Assembly: GCF_006345805.1 (NCBI RefSeq)
Contig: NW_021835800.1
Location: 1 to 42,514, forward strand
DNA from: Octopus sinensis
Taxonomy: Eukaryota
Length of the DNA: 42,514 bases
Direction of reading: 5' to 3'
How positions within the stretch are numbered: position 1 is the stretch's first letter; each line of letters opens with the position of its first letter. The translations under genes were made by a program, and so were the position numbers. Positions 1-12,387 of this stretch are shown in pieces. The notes below the pieces were generated by a model that worked only from the letters and a program-made list of their open reading frames with translations, ran no database searches and was not told the origin of the DNA.

Positions 1-30
1 TCGTGTGTCTCCTTTCCAACCTTCTACATA

Positions 31-141
<111 letters not shown>

Positions 142-752
142 TTTTCCACACACAATAATGTATCTAAATATCCATAGACATCCGGCTAATAAATTATATA
201 TACAAACGGACGCGTTACAGACATTTCCGCCCTTTGCGTTGAGGGTTAATTTAATTATTTAGATACAGGCAGATAGACAGACAGACAGATAATTAGATAA
301 ATATATATATAGAGAGAGAGAGAGAGAGTGAATATGGAGCCAAATCCATGGAAAAGGCAAGGAGGTTGGGTTGTGGTAATCTTAATTTGATACTGACTGT
401 CCAGTCATTAAGCATTAAGCAGATTTCACTTGTATTTAGTCCTTTTCTCACCTTTTGATTCCTCATGCTTCACTATCTGTCCGCTGACAATTCTCATTTT
501 TGGTAATTGCCGTTAATTTATAATCACAACATACGTTCGTCCATCCACATGAACTGAACCGCACACACATTGATATATATATATACATCCTGTAATACCA
601 CGTATTGAAATGTACACGATATAGGCAATTCCATTGTTACGCAAGCTCATTCATACGCACAGACACTCATATTCTGGCCTGTATATATTTTTGATTCAAT
701 GGCTCATGGTTATATATTTATGTAAGCTTATATGTACATACATGCCGTGATA

Positions 753-900
753 GGCGCAGGCGTGGTTTGCTTCCCAACCACGTAGTTCGGGGTTCAGTCC
801 CGCTTCGTGGCACCTGGGCAAGTGTTATCTGCTATAGCTTCGGGCCGAGCAAAGCCTTGTGAGTGGATTTGATAGACGGAAACTGAAAGTAGTTCGTCGC
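753..900 (+). mobile_element. tRNA-derived SINE family A, 5' half
   Basis: ggcgcaggcgtgg head, B-box-like gggttcagtccc, body ...caaagccttgtgagtggatttgatagacggaaactgaaag; same family recurs at 26849, 32439, 39233 and 40811. Confidence 0.9.
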
Positions 901-913
901 ATATAAGTATGTT

Positions 914-985
<72 letters not shown>

Positions 986-1022
986 GTTATTTATTCTTTA
1001 TTTCTTTATCCTTTTTGTTTCA

Positions 1023-1461
1023 GCCTTTTCAGACTTTGCACTATCACACATGGCTCTGGTAGCACAGGAATGGATGGCTGAAAATTTTCATGATCACATA
1101 ACTCCTTAACATTTGGCCTCCTAATTCCCCAGATCTCAATCCATTGGACTATTACACGTGGAGTGTTGCTGAGAGAGAGGTCAATGAACATACCCAGAAC
1201 ACCAAAGATTCTTTGAAAGCTGCTATAGTTAGAGTAATGTCCAAAATGAACCAGGACCACTTGATTCAAGCATGTAGATGATTTAGATCTCATATAGAAG
1301 CAGTTGTTGAAGCTGAAGGTGGCTTTATTGAATAGCATTATGGAAAAGAAGGTTTATTTTTATCCGCATCGCATTTTTTGATAAATAAAGTTATCTGTTA
1401 TGATATATTTGTTTTTTTTTTATAAACATAAATTTGTCCTCAAATACCTACCCACCCTGTA
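1023..1461 (+). mobile_element. Tc1/mariner-superfamily (DDD-type, maT-like) transposon, 3' fragment with right TIR
   Basis: Frameshifted translation IWPPNSPDLNPLDYYTWSVAEREVN...ACR*FRSHIEAVVEAEGGFIE*; third catalytic residue is D (SPDLNPLD); ends ...acctacccaccctg followed by TA at 1460-1461. Subfamily assignment is inference. Confidence 0.88.
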
Positions 1462-1506
1462 TACCACATATATTTACCCATTCATAGACACAAACACACA
1501 CACACA

Positions 1507-1549
<43 letters not shown>

Positions 1550-1566
1550 TATATATATATATATAG

Positions 1567-1682
1567 GACGAGAGCAAAAAAACCGCTCCGACAAAGGTGG
1601 AACGTGGGAAGATGATTACAATGGCGGTGCTCCAGCATGGCCACAGTCATTGGACTGAAACATATAAAAAAAAAAAAAAAAA
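1567..1682 (+). mobile_element. Retroelement 3' tail (shared SINE/LINE tail) with poly(A)
   Basis: ggcggtgctccagcatggccacagtc..actgaaaca followed by an A run; the upstream sequence does not match the SINE body. Confidence 0.75.
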
Positions 1683-1690
1683 GTATATAT

Positions 1691-1728
<38 letters not shown>

Positions 1729-2060
1729 ATTTGTTCTGATGAAAGCCAAGTTCTGAAGAAATGTCCGATTGTTTTTTTATATATTTTGTTCTATTCAGAT
1801 CTCAAATATATTTGTTTTCTTTATTAAATTGGTTTATTATTGATGTATTCCATTTTAATTGATTCTTATTAGATTTTTTGATTCCTTATTCTCTTATCCT
1901 TGTATACTTTTATAGTTTTATGGTTTTCATCCTTGCACGAAAAGGCTTCTCTTATTCTGTCTCAGTTCTTCACGGAGACGCAAAGAATGCCAGACTAACT
2001 AAAAATGTGTTATTACAGAAATAGGAGAAAGACAAGTAAAAAACGAACTATTTTATGAAA

Positions 2061-2167
2061 AATCACCTGAGGAGACGCATTTGTAGCTATAATGCAAGAG
2101 AATTGATTGTACAGCATTTCACTTGTAAGGTATGGGTGCATGATGAGTCGAAACGATCGTAGTGGTT
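2061..2167 (+). ncRNA. Candidate minimal type I hammerhead ribozyme, canonical core
   Basis: Stem I AATCAC(2061-66)/GTGGTT(2162-67); CTGAGGA 2067-73; stem II base GAC/GTC; GAAA 2150-53; palindromic stem III ACGATCGT; GUA cleavage triplet; AATAAA at 2171. Confidence 0.7.
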
Positions 2168-2240
2168 CTGAATAAAGAGTCTTGTGAATTACATTTTCTG
2201 TCTTTCATCTTTTTTATATTTATGCATATGTGTGTGTGTG

Positions 2241-2283
<43 letters not shown>

Positions 2284-2809
2284 AGAGAAAGACTGTGTGT
2301 ATATGTGTATAAACGTGTTTATCCAATTAAAACATCTGCAAGTTATATTTGTTGAGATAATATTAAGAAATGTGTGTATATAAAAACTGCTACAAGCTCT
2401 GTCTATCGATTTTACCTTATAGGTTGTATATATATATATATATAGACAGAGAGAGAGAGAGAAGCTCTGTCTATCGATTTCACTTTATATGTTGCATATA
2501 TATATATATACACATATATAAACTCACACACAACAATGTGTTATGCCGTCCCTTCAACATCTGCGGCCTGTGTGCATCCAATCACGATTGCAGGTTGAGT
2601 AATTCTAACATCTACAAACTATTTCTCTCTCTCTCTCTCTTTCTCATTCTCTATCTCTTTCTCTCTCCCTCCACCCACCCTCCCTTCCCCACCACCCTCT
2701 CTCCCTCCACCCTCTCTCTCTCTATCTTGATATCCCACTGTGTGTATGTATATATAAATATCCAAGCACTACCAACATGGAACATGAACGTTAAATGATG
2801 ACAAGGGTG

Positions 2810-3560
2810 ATGATATACATATACATATATGTATATGTGCGTGTATGCATGTATATATGTATGTATTTATGTCTATGTCTACATATATAATCTATTATAT
2901 CTATATCTATATATATATATATATACACAAACACATACATGTATAAACATACACACAAACATACATACACAAAAACAAACATGTACACACACATACATAC
3001 ATACATGCATACATACATTTATATATACATACATATGTACATACATGCATACATACATACATGTTTGTATGCGTGTATGTATGCATGCATGTGTGTACAT
3101 ATGTATGTATATATAAATGTATGTATGCATGTATGTATGTGTGTGTATGTATGTATGTTTGTATGTATGTGTGTGTATGTATGCATGTATGCATGTATGT
3201 ATGTATGTATGTATGTTTGTATGTATGTATGCATGTATGTATGCATGTATGTATGCATGTATGTATGTATGTATGTATGTTTTATATATGTATGTATGTA
3301 TGTGTGTGTATGTATGCATGCATGTATGTATATGTATTTATGTATGAATGTATGTATGTACGTATGTATGTATGTATGCATGTATGTATGTATGTATGTA
3401 TGTATGTATGTATGTATGTATGTATGCATGTATGTATTCATGTATGTATGTATGTTTGTATGTACATATGTACGTATGTCCGTATGTATTTATGTATGTA
3501 TGTATGTATTCATGTATGCATGTATTTATGTATGCATGCATGTATGTATGTATGTATGTG
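2810..3560. repeat. (TA)/(CA)/(TATG)n microsatellite tract
   Basis: Directly visible; source of the MYVC/HTYI ORFs. Confidence 0.97.
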
Positions 3561-4025
3561 CAGACCTGCATCAGGCTGCGTTATCTATTACGTCAGTCTG
3601 TGTTCCAGAAGACATCTCAAAGCTGTCTTTCCGAAGAATATCTCTCAGCCTTCCACAGAGTTTTCCCACGCAGGTCGATAGCTGCAGACTGCGTCTATCG
3701 CATAACAACCGACATACATGATAGTAACATATCAATTCCATCAACATTCTCAAACTGTGTCTTTCCAATCAACGCAACACCTCTTCTCTATCATTTTCAG
3801 TCGACATCTCTGCAACGTGTTTATCTTCCCAGCCAACATCTCTATACAGCAGCCATCAAGCCTGCCTACATCTTCTGCACGCTGTCTGTCGAAGCAGTCA
3901 ACATTTATAGAGCGTATCAGCCTGTCCAGTCAGCTATAAATCATGTCTATCCATCCCGTAAACATTAACACACTCCACTCTGCCTGTATATCTGCTCAGT
4001 ATCTATACATTAAAATCGCGTGGAC

Positions 4026-4440
4026 TGGGCGAAGGTGCGTGGTTTGGGTGCTGCACACACGATCACGAGGTCGTAGTTTCGATTCTCGGACCGGGGTGGT
4101 ACGTTGTGTACTTGAGCAAAACATGTCATTTCACGTTACTCCAGTTCACGCGGCTGAGATGGAGATCCCAGGGTGGGTTGCATCAGTAATCACCACACAG
4201 AAAAGGATTCGCACGAAAGGGGCCACGGAAATAATTAAGCGTCTCCTAGGAATCCAGCTAGCCGTTGAGTTCGAGTGAACTGGCTATGGTTTGTCTGCTG
4301 GACATGTGGAACACCTCATGGTTACCCTTGATTTGACAGGATGGCCTTCCGTATAGGGCGAATGTTGTGATCATGGTCACTTGTACTACACGGAAACCGG
4401 GTAACTGGCCTTGTGAGTCCAAGGATTCGAGACAGTAACG
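4026..4440 (+). mobile_element. tRNA-derived SINE family D (degenerate or mosaic)
   Basis: Head gaaggtgcgtgg...gtttcgattctcggaccgg...ttgagcaaaaca..atttcacgttactccagttcac; tail cacggaaaccgggtaactggccttgtgagtc resembles 9465-9715 and 33871-34172. Confidence 0.7.
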
Positions 4441-4603
4441 CTGGAGGGTTGATAATGACGCTGACTCCAAAAACATTTGTTTTTAGAGTCAACATCCACA
4501 CACTGAGAGTATCTATCCAGTCCACAATATCACCACATGTCGATCCATAGAATCACCATTCACACGCTTTGTCTAGCAACCAACATCCCCACACTGTGTC
4601 TAC

Positions 4604-4824
4604 TTCTTATTTCTTTATTGCCCACAAGGGGCTAAACATAGACGGGACAAACAAGTAAGTCGATTACATCGACACCAGTGCGTAACTGGTACTTAATTTA
4701 TCGACCCCGAAAGGATGAAAGGTAATGTCGACCTTGGCGGAATTTGAACTCAGAACGTAGCGGCAGACGAAATACGGCTGCGCATTCCGCCCGGCGGGCT
4801 AACGTTTCAGCCAGCTCGCCGCCT
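4604..4824 (-). mobile_element. tRNA-derived SINE family B, near full length
   Basis: Reverse complement reads ggcggcgagctggctgaaacgttag...gttctgagttcaaattccgcc...cctttcggggtcgataaattaagtacc...gtgggcaataaagaaataagaa. Confidence 0.92.
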
Positions 4825-4920
4825 TCTACAGTTAGCATGTACACATTGTCTTTCTCTACAGTCAACATCTACAAACTGTGTCTCTCCATATAGTCATCAT
4901 CTGCACACTGCGTCCATCTC

Positions 4921-5334
4921 TCGTTAGCACGCTGGGCAAAACGCTTAGCAGCATTTCGTCGATCTTTATGTTCTGAGTTCAAATTCCACCAAAGTCGACT
5001 TTGCTTTTCATCCTTTCGGGGTCGATAAAATAAATACCAGTCGAAGACTGGGGTCAATATTATCAACTTACTCTCCCCCAGAAATTTCTGGCTCTGTGCC
5101 AAAATTTGAAATCAATATTAACTCAGCTTATGATGTTGAGCTGTCAGAATCGTTAGCATTCCGGGTAAACACTTAGTGGCATTTCGTCCGTCCTTACATT
5201 CTGAGTTCAAATTTCGCTGAGGTCGACTTTGCTTTTCATCCTTTCTGGCTCGATAAAATAAGTACCAGTTGAGTACTGGGGTTGATGTAATCGACTAGGC
5301 CTCCGCCAAAATAGCCAAAATTTGAAATCAATAT
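4921..5334 (+). mobile_element. Two head-to-tail SINE family B-variant copies (4921-5120 and 5138-5334)
   Basis: Each has gttagca...ttctgagttcaaatt...gtcgactttgcttttcatcc; both end gccaaaatttgaaatcaatat. Confidence 0.88.
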
Positions 5335-6003
5335 CAGCTCAGTTGTTATATTTTGTGTCTGTGTTCTTTAACGTGTGGCACAAGCTGCTTACATGGTACG
5401 GTACCATAAAATGTCCAGATTGGTTAAGTGCAGGACTATGCTGCCCCAGTAGAGCTCGAGAAATTAATATGACTAACCTTTTGTCACGTAGCACCCATAT
5501 GACAACAAATTGAATTGATCAGCACTCCTGATTAAATTTTCTGTAGTGGTACCCAAAGTCAAATGAAGATTAATTTAAATTTATAACACCCGCTGACATG
5601 AATAACACCCAAGATTATGAAACACGGTAATAAGGAATCGGGTTTGGCAGCGAAGGACCTAAAAATCGCACCTCATGTTCCCCCTTACTTTGATTCTATC
5701 ACAGAGACAACTCTCTTTAACCTATTTAATTCGCCTGGTGTAGTCAGAGATCACCTCAGGATCTCTGCCTCTGTACGGTCATTTGACCTGCATGAAATAT
5801 CAGTTTATCATTTAAATATTTTAAATCATTCTCTATCGGCAATAAAAGATAACGAGGAAGACATCTAAAACATTACTCCTGCATGGTCTTAGCTGTGATT
5901 ACTAAAACTCCGAAAGCGAACTAAACTCTCTTTTTCTTTCTTTCTTTCTTTTTTTTGTTCTTCGTGTATTCTTGAAAAAGGATGCGTGGCGTTCGATCAT
6001 ATA

Positions 6004-6379
6004 ATAATATAAATAATATATAAACATATGCATATATACATACATATATGTACATACCTACATCTATATGTATATATACATGCATATATGGGTACAGGAC
6101 ACCAAAAATAAAACGTCCAACACAATGAGAAACGAAAGCATAAAAATAAAACCATGGAAACGGACAATTTTTTTAAACAACGAAAAACAGAGTACAAAGA
6201 ATTCCTTGCGTTATATGTTTTGTACTCTGTGTTTGTCTTGTACTCTCTGTATGCCTTGTACATTGTGTTCTACGTTTCTTGATGTCCTGTACCCATATAT
6301 GCATGTATATATACATATAGATGTAGGTATGTACATATATGTATGTATATAAGCATATTTTCTATATTATTTATATTAT
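6004..6379. repeat. Fold-back inverted repeat with ~120-bp arms
   Basis: 6033-6101 is the exact reverse complement of 6283-6351 (69 bp); imperfect extensions on both sides. Confidence 0.92.
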
Positions 6380-6400
6380 AAAGATATAGATATTATATAT

Positions 6401-6436
<36 letters not shown>

Positions 6437-6438
<2 letters not shown>

Positions 6439-6507
6439 CGAATTCAGCAACTATATATATATATATAATATATATAATATAATATATATATAGTTGCTGA
6501 ATTCGTT
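6437..6507. repeat. Short perfect inverted repeat around an AT-only loop
   Basis: aacgaattcagcaac(6437-51) / gttgctgaattcgtt(6493-6507), extendable by (TA) pairing. Confidence 0.9.
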
Positions 6508-7030
6508 GACAATTCACTTGTTATGTACAAATATATAAATATCAAAAACAGCATAGATTCGATCTCCGGATCACTGAGTTATGGAACCAGCATGCCACCG
6601 AGGTGACACTCTGCTCTCCGAGTGACTAAGCTAAAGTTTAATGTATTATCCATCTGCTCTGGGTTACATTATTTCTATTACATCATCCATCATGTGCTTT
6701 TTGTTTATTATTTATATATTTCACCACACTAGAGTGTTGCAAATACGAAATATAGTAAGAAAATACGAAATACAGTAACAACACAACACACACTGCACTG
6801 CTGACATGTTAATTTACTTACTAAAAGGTGACATTTCACTCTGTCAGTATTCCGAGAGTTACATTTGACAAACCTCATGTATAAATCTATTCGTTGCGAA
6901 CTTTTCTGGGTGTCTCTTTTGCCATTTTCAGATCAGTCAGAAGCAAATCAATTCTACAAATGTCTCCCCAGCGCAGCAGCAAAGCAAACGAACTTACAAG
7001 GCGATATATTAAGTTGTTTTTATATTAAGA

Positions 7031-7668
7031 TATTAGTTTTAAATTTTGGCACAAGACCAGCAATTTCGAAGTGAGAGGGGCAAATCGATTACATCGACCC
7101 GGGTGCTCGACTGGTACTTATTTTATAGACCCTGAAAGAATGAAAAGTGAAGTCGATCCCCGGCGGTATTTGAACTCAATGTAAAATCGGAAGAAATGCC
7201 ACTAAGCATTTTGTCCGATACAATAACGATTCTTATTTCTTTATTGCCCAAAAGGGGCTAAACATAGAGGGGACAAACAAAGGGATTAAGTCGACAATAT
7301 CGACCCCAGCGCGTAACTGGTACTTAATTTATCGACTCCGAATAGTTGAAAGGCAAAGTCTACCTCGGCGGAATTTGAACTCAGAACGTAGCGGCAGACG
7401 AAATACCTATTTCTTTACTACCCACAAGGGGTTAAATACAGAGGAGACAAACAAGGACAGACGAACGGATTAAGTCGATTACATCTACCCTAGTGCGTAA
7501 CTGGTACTTAATTTATCGACTCCGAATAGTTGAAAGGCAAAGTCTACCTCGGTGGAATTTGAACTCAGAACATAACGGCAGACAAAATACGGCTACGCAC
7601 TTCGCCCGGCGTGCTAACGTTTCTGCCAGCTCGCCGCCTTCAATAACGATTCTGCCAGTTTCCCGCCT
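7031..7668 (-). mobile_element. Nested SINEs: dimeric family B copy (7234-7640) inserted into a B-variant copy
   Basis: 13-bp target-site duplication caataacgattct at 7221-7233 and 7641-7653; the host SINE head resumes after 7653. Confidence 0.9.
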
Positions 7669-8568
7669 TTTTTAAGCAAGAAATTACAAGGGCTTTTTTT
7701 CTTTCATGGCCCACCGTGACGTGTTATGCGTTTGTCATGGTGATTTCACCTGAGTACAAATGTCTAGGGTGCACTCAGCTACTAAAACATTATAACACTA
7801 TAACAGCTTACAAACTTTCCAGAGATCATGAAATAATTTGTTTTGGAACGTGATTTCGAAGCATGTATAGCTATAAATAACAGCATGTAAATATAGGGTT
7901 GAAAATCCCTTTTTCAATAGAAAAAAAATCGAAGGCTAACAGTGGGACTCAAAACCAGGTCTCCAGCAGACTTTTTCAATCAACAAAAGGTTATTGAACC
8001 CCAATATTCACACACTATAATTTACAGCTTTATACGCTTCCAGATCCAATTCCAAACTAATTATAACATTATAATACAAAATTAATTGTATCTATAATTC
8101 AAACGCCAATCTTCTTCACATGCAGTTTCACTTTAAACATCGCCCCCACAGGAATGCATTAAAGGTGCAATTATCTGCAGGATAACAACTACCCCGGGTG
8201 TAGTGCAGTAATTAAGGAACACCATTGATCGATCGATTGATACACTTATTGGACAAAGAAGAGGCAGGATCAATTCGTAATCCGTTTATTAAGCCATTTC
8301 TCTCGAGTGGATTATTTTACAAGTGGTTATTTAAATAACCGAGATCGATATGTATATATGATCGATCAGAAAGGATTTGGTGGAATATTGAAGCCTGACT
8401 TAACTGTAACATAAAACGTAGTGTTTCGATATTGTAGACGTCGTCGGCCGAGTTTTCACCGTAACATTATCTGAGAGAGAATATTACTTCTTTGTTCACT
8501 GATACGTAGAGCCGGAGAATTACAGCCGACATCGCAATGTAAACACACGCACGCACACACACACACGA

Positions 8569-8625
<57 letters not shown>

Positions 8626-8837
8626 GATATTAGATATATATATATATATACATACGTACTTGCATATACATCCATATATACACGCATATACATTGTACAT
8701 ATATATACGTATATAATTACATATACATATCTATATATATACCTATATACATATATATACGTATATAATTATATATAATATATATATATGCATATATTTA
8801 TATATACACATATATATATGTATGTATATAAATATAT

Positions 8838-8873
<36 letters not shown>

Positions 8874-8928
8874 CACTTATTTGCATATTTGTATACGTAC
8901 TTAATTACATACATTTGTACATATAATG

Positions 8929-8962
<34 letters not shown>

Positions 8963-9115
8963 ACATATATATATATATGTCTATCTATCTATCCAACAAT
9001 ATATGTCTACGAGTGCGATATATATAATATATATATATATCAATATTTATATATGAATACATTTACGTGTATCTATCTGTATATATATATATATATTATA
9101 TATATATAATAATAT

Positions 9116-9146
<31 letters not shown>

Positions 9147-9464
9147 GAATACATATACGTGTATCTATCTGTATATATATATATATATATTAATATTTAT
9201 ATATATGAATACATATACGTGTATCTATCTTAGCAATATCAATATTATGAGCGGCAATCGAAAAAATGGAAAGCTTACTTAAATCATTCTCATTCGATGC
9301 TGCATAAAACAGACAAATCTATTAAAGAGACCTTCTGACCGTGTAATGAAACCGGTCACTTCTCTAACACGGCCATAAATTGATTTCGTCTGTGTTGTAC
9401 GTGTGTGTGTGTATCTATGTATCTATGTGTGTGCCTGCGTGTAAATAGATACACGTAAAAACCT

Positions 9465-10015
9465 GTGAAGGCGTATGGACTAGTGATTAGTAAACTGTAC
9501 TCATGATTGCCTTATCGAGTTATCGATCCCTCTATTGGGCGATGTGTTGCGTTCTGAAGCAAAAGACTTCGTTTCCTGCGGCTCCAGTTCCCTCACCTGT
9601 GAATGAGTAACTGTGCAATGAACTGGCGTTCTGTTCAGGTGGGATGTTGTGATTTTGGTCCCTTCTACGCCATGGAAACTTAGTGACTGGCCTTATGAGT
9701 CCTAAGACCCTAAACTGAACTTTCATGTTTATGTGTCTGTGGTGTTGGGAATGCGCTTGGATCAATTGTGAGGATTTTCGGCTCACGATCAAAACTTCTT
9801 GAATTTCATTGCTGGAGGTGCGTTGTATCCTTCAGAAAGACACTTTATTTCACGTTGTTTGAGTCCACTCAGCTTGCAAATGTGAGTACCGTTCTGAGTT
9901 TAAATTCCTCCGAGGACGACTTTGCGTTTCACCCTTTCGGTATCGAAATAAGTACCAGTCGAGTACTGGGGTCGATGTAACAGACTAGCCTCACTCTCCA
10001 AAATGTCAGGCTTTT
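9465..10015 (+). mobile_element. Cluster of degenerate SINEs (D-like 9465-9715, D-like head 9770-9890, B-variant 9890-10015)
   Basis: gtgaaggcgtatgg head; agacactttatttcacgttg..gagtccactcagc; gttctgagtt..aaattcc...taagtaccagtcgagtactggggtcgatg. Confidence 0.7.
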
Positions 10016-10075
10016 TACTACACACCACACTCCCACACACACACAAACACACACACACACACACCACACATATAT

Positions 10076-10129
<54 letters not shown>

Positions 10130-10130
10130 T

Positions 10131-10176
10131 CTCTTTTACTCATTTCAGTTATGCGGCTGTGGTCATGCTGGAGCAC
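10131..10176 (-). mobile_element. Isolated SINE/LINE 3' tail
   Basis: Reverse complement gtgctccagcatgaccacagccgcataactgaaatgagtaaaagag. Confidence 0.7.
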
Positions 10177-10589
10177 ATATATATATACTACTTCATCTAA
10201 ACTACTAAGACAACATCTTCATGCGCAAAATACATGAAATCGTTTACTCAACAATTACTGTTCTTTCCCGTGTAAGTGTTTATTGTTGTTCTTCTTACTG
10301 CCGTTGTTATTGTCGTGGTTGTAGTAGTAGCAGTAGCGGTTGTAGTTTTGTAGGTTACTGTACCTACTCTTATTATGTATACTACACTGTGCGTACCGAA
10401 ATATGTAAACTAAGTGGTACACTACATTGTAATTGAAATATAAATATAAATAATTTATTATAATGATATAATATGATCAATTTAGATGTAATTTGAAATA
10501 TATTCGAAATGTGATGCGAAAAATAAATTTACAAAAATTACATTACAAAATTCGTGAGATTTTTCAGTACACTTTGATAGTAGCACTTT

Positions 10590-10991
10590 CTTTCTCTCCA
10601 CCCCCTCTCTCTCTCTATCTATCTATCTATCTCTCCTTCTCTTTCTCCCTCCCTCTTTCTCTATTTCTTTCTCTCCCCTCTCTCTTTCTTTGTGTTTCTC
10701 TCTCATTGTGTATATATGCGTGCACATATGTATATATATGTATATATATGTATATATATATGTATATGTATGTATGTATGTATATATATATGTATATATA
10801 TATATATATATAATATATGTATGTATATATATATGTATATATATATATATGTATATAAATATGTATAGAGAAAGAGAGAGAGTGAGGAACAGATATATAT
10901 ATATACATATGATATATATAGGCATTTATATATGTGTGTGTGTGTATGTATACATATGCTTGTGTGTGAGCGAGTGTGTGCATGCACACAC

Positions 10992-11029
<38 letters not shown>

Positions 11030-11082
11030 TATGTACACACACAGACACAAACACACACACACACATACATATACACACACAG
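10590..11082. repeat. Mixed (CT)/(TA)/(TG)/(CA) microsatellites
   Basis: Directly visible. Confidence 0.95.
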
Positions 11083-11487
11083 TCACAGAAACAAATGTTA
11101 AAATAATGTTATTTTTGAGCAAGTCTTAAGATAACGACTGCTGGTAGGACTAAAAGTAGAATCTATTTTATTGTTAGAATGAAGCTGACAATGACTTCAG
11201 GTTTGCACGAAACCTGAAGCTTCCAGCTTTTCAATGGACTGTACTTACTCATTTAAACAACATACAAAGTGGCTGAGTACTCCACAGACACGCATTTATT
11301 TAAAGTAATCCCCACCTAAAATCCGTATGAGACATGGTTAAATATTTGAATTACTGGTAGAGTCTATTTAACGTGGGGATCTACCGAATGTTCGTCTTTC
11401 CGTTTATGACGTCAGACTATTAGCTTGAAAATACGTTAATTTTGGTACCCTAATATAAATGGGTGTATGTATAGATGTACACACACA

Positions 11488-11524
<37 letters not shown>

Positions 11525-11703
11525 ATATATACCAATATATACGTTTTTTTTATTATTTTTTTACAATTTACTTAAGTTCGGTATATTATTGTTATTTTAA
11601 TTATAATATTTCTATTATATGTAATTTTCTAGATGGTGTAATTTAATTGTTCATTTGAATTGATAAAACGTGTCTTTTTCTAATTTATATATATATATAT
11701 ATA

Positions 11704-11774
<71 letters not shown>

Positions 11775-11842
11775 TGTGTGAAATTTGATTTAGTATTTCT
11801 AATTGAATCTTTCCTTGTAAGTTAGGAATAATATTCCCTCAA

Positions 11843-11875
<33 letters not shown>

Positions 11876-12040
11876 TACACAGACGTGTATATGTATGCGC
11901 GCGAGCGTATTATTGACCGTACATAATATATGTGCATTACTTGTTCGATGGTTTGCTGCTCCCTAGCGTTTGGGGACGACTCCCTCACTACTCTGAGTTT
12001 TCATGTTTACAACACTTGCAATGCTTCTAATTCGTTAGTG

Positions 12041-12085
<45 letters not shown>

Positions 12086-12387
12086 TATACATACATACAT
12101 ACACACACATATATATATATATACACGAGCGCTCGCACACACATATATAAACGTAAGTAACTCTCGTTGTGTATAACAAAATATCATTTCTGCTTTGTTG
12201 TATTTGTGTGTGTATGTATTGATTGCGATTGATGAAAATTGGTGTCGTAAATAAATTGGCGATGGAAGGAAATACAGCTGCATTACTTTTCTTTATATGT
12301 ACGGATGGTTGGATGGATGGATGGATGGGTGGATGTGTACAGGAATGTATACTTGTGTCTATGTGTGTGTGAGAGAGAGTAACGCAC

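Larger units (their letters stand above)
3720..4920. repeat. Degenerate ~30-bp minisatellite (cagtcaacatctacacactgtgtctatc-like), interrupted by SINEs
   Basis: Recurrent cagtc(a/g)acatc...ctgtgtct units at about 3750-3910, 4487-4602 and 4826-4920. Confidence 0.6.

Noticed and set aside
1736-1770. CTGATGA...GAAGAAATGTC; similarly ttgaagg...gaaatagag near 32286
   Set aside because: Too degenerate; the stems cannot be formed.
3571-3690. Minus-strand LSTCVGKLCGRLRDILRKDSFEMSSGTQTDVIDNAA* as a terminal exon
   Set aside because: The acceptor has no pyrimidine tract, no homology is recognised, and it abuts a minisatellite.
5617-5868. 83-aa non-repetitive ORF
   Set aside because: No recognisable domain or convincing splice context; the minus-strand exon candidate has stops in all frames.
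8410-8455. Minus-strand CCGACGA...GAAAC hammerhead-like string
   Set aside because: No stem I or stem II pairing.
9330-9365. GAAACCGGTC palindrome with upstream ctgacc
   Set aside because: No acceptable CUGANGA core or stem I; better explained as a small hairpin.
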